Source: Patescibacteria group bacterium
GTDB taxonomy: Bacteria > Patescibacteriota > Patescibacteriia > UBA1558 > GWA2-36-10
NCBI GenBank assembly: GCA_041662585.1
Contig: JBAZSG010000001.1
Coordinates: 66,381 to 130,380, forward strand
Direction of reading: 5' to 3'
Length of the DNA: 64,000 nucleotides
Under the pieces are notes generated by a model that was given only the letters and a program-made list of their open reading frames with translations, had not been told where the DNA came from and did not search any database. Below are positions 39,171 to 50,063 of this stretch, in pieces (the stretch's first letter is position 1; each line of letters opens with the position of its first letter). The translations under genes and the position numbers were made by a program.

Positions 39171-39731
39171 TTAATTAATCAACATAGTAAATAATACTAT
39201 CAAGCTAGCTAGAGACAATTTAAGTTCTTTGATGCTTCTAGAAAAAATCATTTTGCAATTGGCTTCTGACTTACCGACTATTTCTGAAATTTCTTTGTAT
39301 GACAATTGTTGCCAAACCCTTAAAACAATTATTTCTCTCTGCGTATCACTAAGCCTGTTCAGTTTATCTTTAATTTCTGATATTTGAGCTGCCCTATCTA
39401 AATCATCGTCGGCTGTGATAGAAAACGAAACATCAGAAATTTCCTCTATGTCTTGAAAATTTTTGTTGGTTCTATAATGATCAATCACTGTATTTCTAGC
39501 AATACGATAAAGCCAAGAACTAAAACTACCTTTGCGACTATCAAATTTTACTAAATTATTTAAAGCTTTATAAAAAGTCTCCGCTACCAAGTCTTCGGTA
39601 TTTTCTTTATGACTTATTTTATAGTACACAAAACTATATATTTTTTTAAAATATCTATCATATAATTGTCCAAAAGCTTGGCCGTCGCCAGCCTGACAAG
39701 CAGAAATTAAGCTTAAATCGTCATTTTCCAT
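39171..39731 (-). CDS. ECF sigma factor
   Basis: Region 2 (YFKKIYSFVYYK...WLYRIARNTVIDHYR) and region 4 (QREIIVLRVWQQLSYKEISEIVG). Start taken at MENDD. Confidence 0.85.
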   Translation of the reverse strand: MENDDLSLISACQAGDGQAFGQLYDRYFKKIYSFVYYKISHKENTEDLVAETFYKALNNLVKFDSRKGSFSSWLYRIARNTVIDHYRTNKNFQDIEEISDVSFSITADDDLDRAAQISEIKDKLNRLSDTQREIIVLRVWQQLSYKEISEIVGKSEANCKMIFSRSIKELKLSLASLIVLFTMLIN

Positions 39732-39984
39732 GGATTTTTCTCTTCTCACTATATTATAACGAATAAATACAAAAAAAGTAACAAAAAACATTTCTCTTAA
39801 ACAAAAAATGTTTTTATTTTTTAGTTTATTCTTGTTTGACCTTCAAAAAATAACTATAAAACAATTATTAGTAAAATGACCCCCAATATAAATATTGAAA
39901 ACAGTATTGTTTCCCATTGACCAAAAAAATAAAGATATCAGAGAACAATAAATAATTACCCTATTAAACCTCGCTAATGATTAT

Positions 39985-40878
39985 CTAGGTGCCACCACAA
40001 TCAGCAGCACTAATATGAATATGGGTAGGAGGATCAGACGGTGGATGATACAAATAATTTCCGTGACAAGACACAACAATATTTCTAATAACAGACCTCT
40101 GACTATTGCTTAAGTGGGTACTTCGTAAATCAGCAGCATAAGATCCGTCCATATTTTTGGCCGGTCCGCCATAATGACAAGAGTTTTTAGTATGCACACA
40201 AGTAGCATCGGTCCAATTATCTCGGCAAGTAGCCAAACCACCCACATCCTGACTAATAGAAGTAATAATCAAGTCACTAGGATCTAAAACATGGCTATTA
40301 TTTACACCCTGCATCAAACAAGTAAGCAAATCTTCTAAAGCCGGCGAAGCATCAAAGCATTGCTGACTATTTATGCCACTAGTAATAATGCCACCGCAAC
40401 TACCACCACAAGAAATGCCCCCCTCCCAAGCTGAAGTACAACCCACTCCATTATTAGCCGGCGCCTGGTTGGCATTTAATATCGCGCCACATGATCCAGC
40501 TGCCTCCAAACGAATTTCTTCCATATTAACATTTAAAATATCTTCAATAAAAAACTTAACTATAATATTACTACCAAAGGCCAAGATAATAGCAAAAACA
40601 GTATTGATCATAATAGATTTGCCTGCATTAACTCTTTCCATATTACCACCCGAAATAATCCAACGAGTACCGCCCCAGACAAAATAGAGCAAGGCCACAG
40701 CTCCCATTGCTCCTAGTAATATCACTATAAAATCATAAAGAACTGTAGCAATATCCGCAAATCCACAATTACCACATTGCACGCAGGTCAAACCATCTAA
40801 AAGTCTCGCCTGAGAAATACTGGGTAGTGCCCAAAATAAAAGGCTGAAAGAAAATATAACAATGATTTTTTTGGCCAT
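39985..40878 (-). CDS. Cys-rich secreted/membrane protein (signal peptide + two hydrophobic helices + Cys-rich C-domain)
   Basis: The signal peptide is followed by a CVQCGNCGF motif and then the two hydrophobic helices. The C-domain carries more than 15 further Cys and a Gly-rich stretch. Confidence 0.45.
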   Translation of the reverse strand: MAKKIIVIFSFSLLFWALPSISQARLLDGLTCVQCGNCGFADIATVLYDFIVILLGAMGAVALLYFVWGGTRWIISGGNMERVNAGKSIMINTVFAIILAFGSNIIVKFFIEDILNVNMEEIRLEAAGSCGAILNANQAPANNGVGCTSAWEGGISCGGSCGGIITSGINSQQCFDASPALEDLLTCLMQGVNNSHVLDPSDLIITSISQDVGGLATCRDNWTDATCVHTKNSCHYGGPAKNMDGSYAADLRSTHLSNSQRSVIRNIVVSCHGNYLYHPPSDPPTHIHISAADCGGT

Positions 40879-40909
40879 AGTTGCCTTTCTTACTGATAAG
40901 TAATTATTT

Positions 40910-41902
40910 TTACAACAAACTGCTCGCCACTAGTAAATATATAGTCACACTCATCAAATCTTGAATAATAGTAGCAATTGGTCCACTGGCATTGGCTGGA
41001 TCTAAACTCAAACGACTGAAAGCATAAGGTATGAAAAGTCCAGTAATAATAGAAGATAAAATAGCCAAAAACATAGCCACACCCAAAACAAAAGCTATCA
41101 TAGCATCACTATAAACAACCCAAGTGATTCCCCAGACAGTCAAACTAATTATCACTCCAATAAGCAAAATTATTTTCAACTGACGCCATATATAAACTAA
41201 AAAATTTATTTTGGAATGGATAGCCAAATCTCTAATAATAAAAAATCCAACCTGTGTACCCACAGCACTAGCCATATAAACAACCAGTGGTATAAAAGCG
41301 GCTAATATTATGTTGGCTGCCAAAATATTTTCAAAAAGCCCAATAACCCGAGCAGCTAAAAGACCCCCCAAAAGCCCAATGATGAGCCAAGGTAAACGAT
41401 GTTTTAAGGAAACAAGTAATGGTAAACTAGTAACATCATCAATATTGACCGAGACATGATTTGGGACACCAGCAAAATGAGAAATATCTTCCTGAGCTTC
41501 AGAATAAATAATTCGCAAAATATCGTCACTCAATACCACACCCAAAAATTTATTTTCTTTATCCACGACTGGTATAGCCTTGATATTATGTTTTAAAGCT
41601 AGATAAGCCACTCTTTCTTGACTGGTGTGTGGATGAGCTATTACTAAATCTTTGATCATAACCTCGTCAACTCTTTTGTTCTTGGGCTGACGAAAAATTT
41701 CCTTAATCGAAATAACACCATTTAAAACACCATTCTTACCCAAGACATAAACATAATTTATTGACTGGATATTTCTAGTATTAATCAGCAAATATTTTTC
41801 CAAAGATCCAATGGTACTATCTGATAAAGTAGTAGGTACACTGTCAGTCATCAAACTGCCAGCGCTAGACTTGGGAAATGAAGTAGTGGATTTTTCTTTC
41901 AT
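40910..41902 (-). CDS. mgtE: Magnesium transporter MgtE (CBS pair + MgtE membrane domain)
   Basis: Two CBS domains followed by the 5-TM MgtE domain. Confidence 0.8.
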   Translation of the reverse strand: MKEKSTTSFPKSSAGSLMTDSVPTTLSDSTIGSLEKYLLINTRNIQSINYVYVLGKNGVLNGVISIKEIFRQPKNKRVDEVMIKDLVIAHPHTSQERVAYLALKHNIKAIPVVDKENKFLGVVLSDDILRIIYSEAQEDISHFAGVPNHVSVNIDDVTSLPLLVSLKHRLPWLIIGLLGGLLAARVIGLFENILAANIILAAFIPLVVYMASAVGTQVGFFIIRDLAIHSKINFLVYIWRQLKIILLIGVIISLTVWGITWVVYSDAMIAFVLGVAMFLAILSSIITGLFIPYAFSRLSLDPANASGPIATIIQDLMSVTIYLLVASSLL

Positions 41903-42095
41903 TTTTTTTAAAAAATAATCTACCTATATTTTACTCTATTTTCTATTATTTAAAAAGGATTATAAAAAATGCCATGTTTTATAAAAAAATAGCCCACTAA
42001 AATCTCTGACTATAACCATTGACAGATGTTTAGAATGTGTTAATTTATAAGGACAAAAGGTCGTCTCAAACCTTAATTACTTAACAAATAAATAT

Positions 42096-43421
42096 ATGAT
42101 AAAATCTATAAAAACTATCCTAATTTTAGCTCTTTTCCTATTGCCTTTTGGTATTGGAAAATTCCATACCCAAGTAGCCGAAGCTAACACTACGATGTGT
42201 TTTGTCGAAGGCGAAGTGGCTGAAGGGTTCCAATATGCTTCCACTGTAGTGGAAGTGCATCAAGGACTCAAAAAAAATGGCACAGCTGTAAATCCTGGTC
42301 GATCTATCCCAACTCAGGGTTTAGTTTACGAAGCCGCCCAAAGTGAAAGCAGCTTTTTCAGTCTAGGCTTTAATGGCTCAATAATTGTGGAATTTACCAA
42401 TCCAATATTTAATGGCAGTGGCAATGACTTAAAACTTACCGAAGACACCTGGGGCTCATACCCACTAGAGAAAGCTGATGTCTTTGTCTCTCAAGACAAT
42501 GCTACTTGGCACTTTTTAGGAACTGCCAATAATACCAACCACATCAATATTCACACTGTCAGCGAATTTGACCTAGGAACATTGACCTGGGCCAAATATG
42601 TAAAAATTGTTGATGTAACTGATCCGGCTCCACTACCAGCTGACGGCGATGGCTATGATCTAAATGCGGTAGAAGCTTTGTACTCTGGCGTTTTGTGTAA
42701 TCCATCAATCACTATCGACAAAGAAGCAACACTATCTTTGCCTTATGAAGTTTATGTCGGAGAAAATGTAAACTACACTTATGAAATTACCAATAATGGT
42801 AATGTACCGTTGGTTATAGACAGCTTAATCGATGATAAATGTGGCACTCCTACTTTTATGAGTGGAGACAACGGCAATAATCTTTTAGATATTAATGAAA
42901 TTTGGAGTTATGCCTGCTCTATGGAATTAACTCAAACTACTGAAAACATTGCTACAATCACTGCTCATGATAATTTTGGAACACCAGTAAGTGCCAGTGA
43001 TTCTGTCACAGTAGCTGTCAAAGGTCCAGAATGTACATTGACCCAAGGTTATTGGAAAACTCATTCTACTAATGGACCAGCTCCAGTTGATTCAGATTGG
43101 AATGGGCTAGAAAATACTACTTTTTATTCCAGCGGACAAACATACTACCAAGTCCTTTGGACAGCACCCCAGGGCAATGCTTATTATCAATTAGCTCACC
43201 AATTTATTGCCGCTACACTAAATGGTCTGACACCACAGATATACCCAGCTTGGGAAGCTGCCCACAATTTACTAAATATAAACTCTCCTGAAAATTTAGC
43301 AACATCAAAAGGCAAACCATCTGAAGCTTATAAAATTTTAAAACAACAGTTTATCACTTTAGCTGGAGAGCTAGGAGCCTACAATGAAGGCCTTACTGGT
43401 CCCGGACATTGTTCTCAATAA
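42096..43421 (+). CDS. Secreted DUF11-repeat protein
   Basis: Signal peptide. DUF11-like segment (YTYEITNNGNVPL). Confidence 0.55.
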   Translation: MIKSIKTILILALFLLPFGIGKFHTQVAEANTTMCFVEGEVAEGFQYASTVVEVHQGLKKNGTAVNPGRSIPTQGLVYEAAQSESSFFSLGFNGSIIVEFTNPIFNGSGNDLKLTEDTWGSYPLEKADVFVSQDNATWHFLGTANNTNHINIHTVSEFDLGTLTWAKYVKIVDVTDPAPLPADGDGYDLNAVEALYSGVLCNPSITIDKEATLSLPYEVYVGENVNYTYEITNNGNVPLVIDSLIDDKCGTPTFMSGDNGNNLLDINEIWSYACSMELTQTTENIATITAHDNFGTPVSASDSVTVAVKGPECTLTQGYWKTHSTNGPAPVDSDWNGLENTTFYSSGQTYYQVLWTAPQGNAYYQLAHQFIAATLNGLTPQIYPAWEAAHNLLNINSPENLATSKGKPSEAYKILKQQFITLAGELGAYNEGLTGPGHCSQ

Positions 43422-43476
43422 ACTCTATCAATTAAAAAAACACGCTCTGGTTAAGAACGTGTTTTTTATATACATT

Positions 43477-43941
43477 TTATTGTTGAATTTTTTTTACTAA
43501 ATCCATCATAGAAGGACTACCTTTTAAAAGCGATTTTTTCAAATTTGCTGTTTGCTTGGCAATATTTTGATTCTTATCAACTTTCATTACAAAGCCCATG
43601 ATAGTAATATCCTCACCTACTTTTTTTACCATCTGACCAAAATCATAAAATTGAATATATTCTCCATTTTTATGTTTGATTCTATATAAAGTTTCATAAA
43701 AATCTTTTTTCCCAGTCAAATGATCACGCATAGCCTGCATAGCCGGTTCATAATCATCAGGCTGCAAAAGCTTGGTAAAATCTTGATAATGATTAAAATC
43801 CGAACTATCATAGCCCAGCATATCGGTTTTGGCATCGCTAAAAAATACTTCCCCTGACGGCAAATTCATTTGCCACCAAGCCATTTTTCCTTCCAAAAAA
43901 GCTTGGTCCAATTTTTCCAAGGTTAACTGTTTGTTAATCAT
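43477..43941 (-). CDS. Stand-alone PAS-domain protein
   Basis: PAS_3-like fold pattern (WWQMNL...YDS...E...YR.KHKNGEYI). Confidence 0.45.
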   Translation of the reverse strand: MINKQLTLEKLDQAFLEGKMAWWQMNLPSGEVFFSDAKTDMLGYDSSDFNHYQDFTKLLQPDDYEPAMQAMRDHLTGKKDFYETLYRIKHKNGEYIQFYDFGQMVKKVGEDITIMGFVMKVDKNQNIAKQTANLKKSLLKGSPSMMDLVKKIQQ

Positions 43942-43975
43942 AATTATATTGTAATAACTATTTAACTACGCTGTC

Positions 43976-44440
43976 TTATAAAGCCTCAACATTACCGGCA
44001 TTGGGACTGAGATCCTGTGGATCTGGACAATCACCGTCTAAATTGGCTTGAGCATTACAAAGTGTGCCATCGATTCTTTTACACATAGGCGTTTCTGTGC
44101 CCACTCCTTCTACTTGACCACCAGTTATAGCACAATAAACCTGAGCATCATTTTCATAGCCAGTGATTTTCAAACCACCAACTGGACATTCACCACGCAG
44201 TAGTGCCCACTCTTCGCACTGTCGATTGTCTTCAAATAAACATACACCGTATTGACCTTTTTTATTGTTTCTCATTTCCAAACGACCCCCTTTTTCAAGA
44301 CAATTAGCTGAAGCCGGGTTAGCTATGGTTATATTGGACTCACCTGTAGCTGGCCGATCTAGGGCTTGGGGTTTTTTATTTTGATAAATCTGACAACCAG
44401 CTAAGAAGAAAATAGCTGTAATTAATAAAATTTTTTTCAT
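43976..44440 (-). CDS. DUF333-domain lipoprotein
   Basis: LAGC lipobox. NPASANCLEKGGRLE...GVCLFEDNRQCEEWALLRGEC. Confidence 0.65.
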   Translation of the reverse strand: MKKILLITAIFFLAGCQIYQNKKPQALDRPATGESNITIANPASANCLEKGGRLEMRNNKKGQYGVCLFEDNRQCEEWALLRGECPVGGLKITGYENDAQVYCAITGGQVEGVGTETPMCKRIDGTLCNAQANLDGDCPDPQDLSPNAGNVEAL

Positions 44441-44471
44441 ACTTTATTTTTAACCATAATGTCTTTCATAT

Positions 44472-44759
44472 TCATAATACATAATAAGAATAAATAAAAG
44501 CTAATATTAAAGTTACCAAAAATAATATTAAAAGTGCTATCTTTGTACTTCGTAACCATTTTACAGTCTCAAAATTTTTCCTTAAAAATTCTCTTACCAA
44601 TAACCCCAATAATAAAAACCAAGCCAAAACACCTATCCCAAAAAACTGTTGAAATGGACTTGAATCATTTTTCTTTTCAAATGATAAAAAAATGCCTAAA
44701 ATAAATAAAATTATAATATAAAAAAATTTTTTAATAAGACTTATCTTTCTGCCATGCAT
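44472..44759 (-). CDS. Small membrane protein
   Basis: Three TM segments. Confidence 0.35.
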   Translation of the reverse strand: MHGRKISLIKKFFYIIILFILGIFLSFEKKNDSSPFQQFFGIGVLAWFLLLGLLVREFLRKNFETVKWLRSTKIALLILFLVTLILAFIYSYYVL

Positions 44760-44826
44760 ATTATTCTATCCCAATATTTTATATTATAACACCTATTTTA
44801 AATTATATAAATAATTGTTAATAATT

Positions 44827-45297
44827 TTATTTTAGATAGGGCTCCAAAAATTTTTCTTCTTTTCTGTGAATATGCTCAAGTAAATACCAAGGCACAGCTA
44901 AAATTATTGATAAAATAAAAGGCAAGGCGCGGGAAATTTCCACAGAAATTATGGTAAAAAACATCCAAAAGACTGGATGGCCAATTATCAACCAACTAAC
45001 AAAAATTATAGTACGCCTCTTGGGAATCCATTGAGGTATTTTTTGCTGAGCTACTAATTCGCGCAGCTTTTTATTTAATGCATGCCCCTTGGCAAACTTA
45101 CTAAAATATATCAAAGGAAGCGAGAAAAAACAAATAAAGGCCACTGCTACAAATAATCCCCAAATTTTGTCTCTAAAAGTGAAAGTAACAATAAAAATCG
45201 TCTGTAAAATTACCAGCATTCTATCCAAACGTCTATCATACAACCAAAGACTTTTTATTGAATCATTGGCTGGATTGTATATTTTACTTTGTTCCAT
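44827..45297 (-). CDS. Polytopic membrane protein
   Basis: 4 TM. The conserved extended -10 promoter lies 6 nt upstream of the ATG, implying a leaderless mRNA. Confidence 0.45.
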   Translation of the reverse strand: MEQSKIYNPANDSIKSLWLYDRRLDRMLVILQTIFIVTFTFRDKIWGLFVAVAFICFFSLPLIYFSKFAKGHALNKKLRELVAQQKIPQWIPKRRTIIFVSWLIIGHPVFWMFFTIISVEISRALPFILSIILAVPWYLLEHIHRKEEKFLEPYLK

Positions 45298-45341
45298 AGT
45301 TCAATTATACCACTTATTGTTTCAAACAAAAATTAGATATT

Positions 45342-46595
45342 TTAATTAATAAATTTAAAAGTTAAAATGATTTGTTCTAGACTATCAAACCATTCTTGAG
45401 CGACTGGGGAGGCCGTATTATTAATTAATTCATTATAAAATTTAGATTCTATATTATCCTGATCTATCCAAGTATCAAGACCTTCACCACAGACATTACC
45501 AAAATACTGATCCATACTGTCAACTATATCTTGAAATGGGCCACGAATAATAATATTTACTAAATAACCGTTATAATAAAATAATAACTCTCTATTAAAA
45601 GAGAGATCACATATTTCCCAACTTCTCAATCTAATAGAATCTCTAGCATTAACATTACCCAAATCAACCAATTTAATTGACTCTTCTAAAGGATGCCAAT
45701 CATAGCAAACACTTTTTACTTGTTCATTTTTTAAATATTCTATATTCTTTAAAGTTGTATTTTTATCCAAACAAGCAGCTATCTCTTCTGACATATCTGC
45801 TATTTTTTTTACATCAACTTGATAAGATAATTCTTCTGTACTATAAGTATAATCTTTAATATATTTCATCTTTGAAGGATAATTAAAACTAAAACCAACT
45901 TCTTCATTAATATAAGTTTGCCAATCGTTAGTATCTATCACTATATTCTCTAAAAATTTAAAAGTATTAATAATCTCTTCATTCAGAAATCCTTCCCGAT
46001 GGTTAATGACAGAGCTATATATATCTATAAGTTGACCATCTTGTATATAAAAATAATGTTTCACGGAATCCATGCCACTGGCTACTTCAAAAACCATAAA
46101 CTTTTTATTTGCGATTTCTATTTCTTTTTTCCATTCATTGGAGTACCCTGATGGAGCATCTTTTTCTAAAAAACCGTTTTTTGCCCAATTATAAAAATCA
46201 AAATATCTATTATCTAAACTACCTGCGACTACAATCCGAATTGAATTTTGTCCTCCCATATCATCAGGTGGGTTACCTACAAAATTTCTAGTAAGTAATA
46301 ATTGGTTACCGCTATATTCTATTTTATAAGTGTTTGGATATTCTAATGAATAACCATGTTGTTCATTTGTGTAAGTTAACCAATCCTGATGATTATCTTT
46401 CTCTATTATTTCTGCTTCTTTTCCTTTAACATCAATAACTTTAGCAACTAATTGTTTGACCTGATTTAATGTATTAAATATCTCCATTTCCTTCCATACA
46501 AATATCCCTAAAATAAATAATGACCCTAGTACACCCCCGATGATCGTCACCACTATTATATCATTAAATCCTTTTTTGTTTTTAAATAATTTCAT
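45342..46595 (-). CDS. Hypothetical membrane-anchored protein (417 aa)
   Basis: Signal-anchor. No recognised domain. Confidence 0.5.
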   Translation of the reverse strand: MKLFKNKKGFNDIIVVTIIGGVLGSLFILGIFVWKEMEIFNTLNQVKQLVAKVIDVKGKEAEIIEKDNHQDWLTYTNEQHGYSLEYPNTYKIEYSGNQLLLTRNFVGNPPDDMGGQNSIRIVVAGSLDNRYFDFYNWAKNGFLEKDAPSGYSNEWKKEIEIANKKFMVFEVASGMDSVKHYFYIQDGQLIDIYSSVINHREGFLNEEIINTFKFLENIVIDTNDWQTYINEEVGFSFNYPSKMKYIKDYTYSTEELSYQVDVKKIADMSEEIAACLDKNTTLKNIEYLKNEQVKSVCYDWHPLEESIKLVDLGNVNARDSIRLRSWEICDLSFNRELLFYYNGYLVNIIIRGPFQDIVDSMDQYFGNVCGEGLDTWIDQDNIESKFYNELINNTASPVAQEWFDSLEQIILTFKFIN

Positions 46596-46605
46596 AATTT
46601 TTAAT

Positions 46606-47352
46606 TTAAATTTTAATAATTTCTAAAGATAAACTCTCTAGTGGCAGACCTTGATACTGTTTTTTGCTAATCTCTTTATTCTCACCCAAAATATTTACCT
46701 GTAAATCAGCTTGTTCAACTATGCTAATATAATCATCCTTTAAAAGCGCTCCACCAACACAACCAGCTATTAAGTCTTCGTTGTTTCTTTGGTCTTCGGA
46801 TAATTCTTCTAGTAAAACAATATCCGAAATATACATTTTGCCTCCGGTTTTTAAAACCCTATACGCTTCTTGAAATACTTTTAATTTGTCAGGTGCTAAG
46901 TTGATAACACAATTGCTGATTATAACATCTATAGAATTATCAGCTATGGGTAAATTTTCAATTTCTCCCCATCTAAACTCTGTATTTTTATAACTATATT
47001 TTTCAGCCAATGTTTTGGCTTTATCAATCATCTCCTCTGTCATATCTACCCCAATCACCTTGCCGGTATCGCCAACTTTTTTAGCCGCCAAAAAAGCATC
47101 AAAGCCAGCACCGCAACCCAAATCCAAAACAGTATCCCCAACTTTTATTTTACTAATAGCAATGGGATTGCCACAACCCAAACCAAGGTTGGCTTCTGGT
47201 GCAACCGATATCTGCTCGTCAGAATAACCAATACTTTTGGAAATTACTTCACTGTTATCTGAACTACAACTGCACTGACAACCACAGCTGAGCTTGGTGG
47301 CTATATTGGCATAACTTTTTTTAACAACTTGTTTTATTTTATCGGCTTTCAT
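46606..47352 (-). CDS. ArsM/UbiE-family SAM-dependent methyltransferase (arsenite methyltransferase-like)
   Basis: N-terminal Cys cluster, [11 protein letters not shown] motif I, further Cys at GCVGGA. Confidence 0.7.
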   Translation of the reverse strand: MKADKIKQVVKKSYANIATKLSCGCQCSCSSDNSEVISKSIGYSDEQISVAPEANLGLGCGNPIAISKIKVGDTVLDLGCGAGFDAFLAAKKVGDTGKVIGVDMTEEMIDKAKTLAEKYSYKNTEFRWGEIENLPIADNSIDVIISNCVINLAPDKLKVFQEAYRVLKTGGKMYISDIVLLEELSEDQRNNEDLIAGCVGGALLKDDYISIVEQADLQVNILGENKEISKKQYQGLPLESLSLEIIKI

Positions 47353-47458
47353 AATAAAATTATAATTCTATTATCTTTGAAGGTCAAATAAAGCAAGGGC
47401 GTTGATAATAACAAAATGATAAATAGCATTTACTAGGACCTTTTGCTATAATTACCTC

Positions 47459-49303
47459 ATGACCAAAGTGAAAGAAAAGAAAAAAAATTTTCTCGCCCTA
47501 ATAATCTTGACTGTGGGATTGATCGCTCTGGCTTTTATTGTATTTGACTGGTTAATTACCAAAAATCCCACTCCAATCACCAATCCAGCCATTGAAACAC
47601 GAAATTGTCTTGATACTAGTGCCAAGTATTTGGATCCCAGCATTCCGATTGAAGACAGGATAACCGATTTGCTTGGCCGTATGACTGAGGCAGAAAAAAT
47701 CGGTCAATTGGGCTTGGTGGAAAAAAACAGCCTGATTAAAACACAACATATCGCTGATTACCACTTGGGTGCACTACTGAGCGGAGCAGGAGCAAAACCA
47801 AAACCAAATACGCCAGAAGCTTGGCTAAAAATGGTAGAAAATTTTGATGCCGCTACCTTAAATACCTGTCTAAAAATTCCCCTACTCTATGGCGTAGATG
47901 CCAACCATGGTCATGCCAATGTTCCAGGTGCAGTAGTTTTCCCACACGCCATTGGTCTAGGAGCAGCCAACGATACCGAACTAATCCGAAGAGTAGCACA
48001 GGCGACCAGAGAAGAGTTGCTGGCAACCGGCATTCGTTGGACTTTTGGCCCAGATCTGGATGTGACTAGAGACCTACGCTGGGGCAGAACTTATGAAACC
48101 TTTGGAAGTAATGCTCAAACAGTGACCGAACTAGGACGCGCTTATTTAAACGGCTTACAAAATCCCAATAGTGCTTGGCCAATGGTTTTGGGTACAGCCA
48201 AACACTATATCGGAACAGGTGCCATGACTTGGGGAACTTCAATTAATAGCAATTTTAAAATTGACCAAGGTGACAGTCAAATAAGCGAAGCTGAGTTGCG
48301 ATACACTCATTTACCACCATTTCAAGCGGCAATTGATGAAGGTGCCTTGAGTGTCATGGCCGGCTTAAATAAATGGCAAGGAAAAAATATGGCTACCCAA
48401 CGCTATCTATTGACCGATGTGCTAAAAAAAGAATTGGACTTTAAAGGTTTTGTAGTCTCTGATTGGTACGGCGTTTATGAAATTTCTAACAGCAAATATA
48501 AATCCCTGGTCACAGCAATAAATGCTGGGGTTGATATGATCATGTTACCGTTTGATTACCAACAATTTACCACAGACCTTCAAAAAGCTCTTCAAAACCA
48601 TGATATTAGCCAAACGCGACTAGATGATGCCGTCAGTAGAATTTTGCGAGCCAAATTTAGTTTGGGACTTTTTGATCAAAAGCCGACAAAAGTTGACCTT
48701 TCAATACTTGGCTCTTCAGTTCACCGTGAGTTGGCCAGAGAAGCTGTCCGTAAATCATTGGTAGAATTAAAAAACAAAAATAATACTTTGCCTCTAGCAA
48801 ATAATCTCCAGCGAATTGTAGTGGCTGGTTCGGCAGCTGATAATCTTGGTCAACAGATGGGTGCTTGGACTGTAGAATGGCAAGGTATCGACGGCAACTG
48901 GGTACCTGGTACTACTATTTTGTCGGGAATTAAACAGACTGTTTCAACTAATACGATAGTTGATTATAATCTCGAAGGAAAATTTACTAATACTGACGAC
49001 TTGGCTGATATAGGCATCGCCGTAGTTGGAGAAAAGCCTTACGCCGAAGGTTGGGGCGATAACCAATATCTAAAATTAAGTACCGAAGACCTAGTCAGAA
49101 TAAAAAGAGTCAAAGCTGCCAGTAAAAAATTGCTAGTAATTATTGTATCTGGTCGACCCTTGGACATTGGCACTGTAAGTAAAGATTGGGATGCAATCGT
49201 AGCTGCCTGGCTACCAGGTAGCGAAGGCTCTGGAGTAGCTGACGTGCTATTTGGTGATTATGATTTTGTCGGTCAACTGCCAGTTCCCTGGAATATAGAA
49301 TAA
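47459..49303 (+). CDS. Glycoside hydrolase family 3 (beta-glucosidase/beta-hexosaminidase-type), membrane-anchored
   Basis: KHYIGTG and VVSDWYG GH3 motifs. N-terminal TM. Confidence 0.88.
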   Translation: MTKVKEKKKNFLALIILTVGLIALAFIVFDWLITKNPTPITNPAIETRNCLDTSAKYLDPSIPIEDRITDLLGRMTEAEKIGQLGLVEKNSLIKTQHIADYHLGALLSGAGAKPKPNTPEAWLKMVENFDAATLNTCLKIPLLYGVDANHGHANVPGAVVFPHAIGLGAANDTELIRRVAQATREELLATGIRWTFGPDLDVTRDLRWGRTYETFGSNAQTVTELGRAYLNGLQNPNSAWPMVLGTAKHYIGTGAMTWGTSINSNFKIDQGDSQISEAELRYTHLPPFQAAIDEGALSVMAGLNKWQGKNMATQRYLLTDVLKKELDFKGFVVSDWYGVYEISNSKYKSLVTAINAGVDMIMLPFDYQQFTTDLQKALQNHDISQTRLDDAVSRILRAKFSLGLFDQKPTKVDLSILGSSVHRELAREAVRKSLVELKNKNNTLPLANNLQRIVVAGSAADNLGQQMGAWTVEWQGIDGNWVPGTTILSGIKQTVSTNTIVDYNLEGKFTNTDDLADIGIAVVGEKPYAEGWGDNQYLKLSTEDLVRIKRVKAASKKLLVIIVSGRPLDIGTVSKDWDAIVAAWLPGSEGSGVADVLFGDYDFVGQLPVPWNIE

Positions 49304-49343
49304 ATCATTTTAGTGCTTAAATTTCATTTGATTTTTATAATCA

Positions 49344-49372
49344 AAAACTCGGACTTAAACCCGAGTTTTTAA
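49344..49372 (+). terminator. Intrinsic terminator after the GH3 gene
   Basis: aaaactcgg-acttaaa-cccgagtttt followed by a T-run. Confidence 0.7.
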
Positions 49373-49403
49373 ATGAAAAAATTAGAAAATTTAATTACTA
49401 AAA

Positions 49404-50063
49404 TCAATTTATAAATAAAAATGTGCCACTATTTTTATACTGAATATATAAACCATAAATGATTACTATTGCAACACTTATTAGTACTGCATAAAATACT
49501 TTTTTCCACAAACGCATATGAATAAAATTTAATAAACTAAAAATAAATAAAACAAATCCTGTTTGAAACATAAATTGATTAAACTCTATATACTCATAAA
49601 CTTTAGTTACTATCCCGTTAATCTCTACATGCTTATTAGTTATTAATAATGGTGTGGCACACATTACTAATCCAGAAGCAACAATAGCCGGTTTTTTATA
49701 TTTTTCTAAATGAAACTTAACGATTATTTTCTTCGTTAAGTACGATATAAAAATAGCGATAATATACCAAAATATAATATCAATAACTATATTAAGAGGA
49801 ATCACTTCTGTCTTGTATGGCTGAGTAAGATAAAACATTCCTGGCGCCCTATCTGAATTATCTTCTACAATCTTAGAAAAATCCAAAGGAAACCCTGTCA
49901 CTCTAAGGCAACCGCTTCCTATTAAAGGCGGCTGGTTACAGCTAACAACTATAGTGCCCACTGCCATCAGTAGCACGAAAGTTAAAAATAATTTTCCTAC
50001 AGTGGGTTTAAAAAAATCTTTCCAATTCATATTTTTAATATTTAATTTATTATAATACAGCAA
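49404..50063 (-). CDS. Polytopic membrane protein
   Basis: About 5 TM. Confidence 0.45.
   Translation of the reverse strand: MLYYNKLNIKNMNWKDFFKPTVGKLFLTFVLLMAVGTIVVSCNQPPLIGSGCLRVTGFPLDFSKIVEDNSDRAPGMFYLTQPYKTEVIPLNIVIDIIFWYIIAIFISYLTKKIIVKFHLEKYKKPAIVASGLVMCATPLLITNKHVEINGIVTKVYEYIEFNQFMFQTGFVLFIFSLLNFIHMRLWKKVFYAVLISVAIVIIYGLYIQYKNSGTFLFIN

Noticed and set aside
45342-46595. Prepilin-like N-terminus (KNKKGFNDIIVV)
   Set aside because: Lacks the conserved Glu at +5 and lies outside the pilus operon. Treated as an ordinary signal-anchor.
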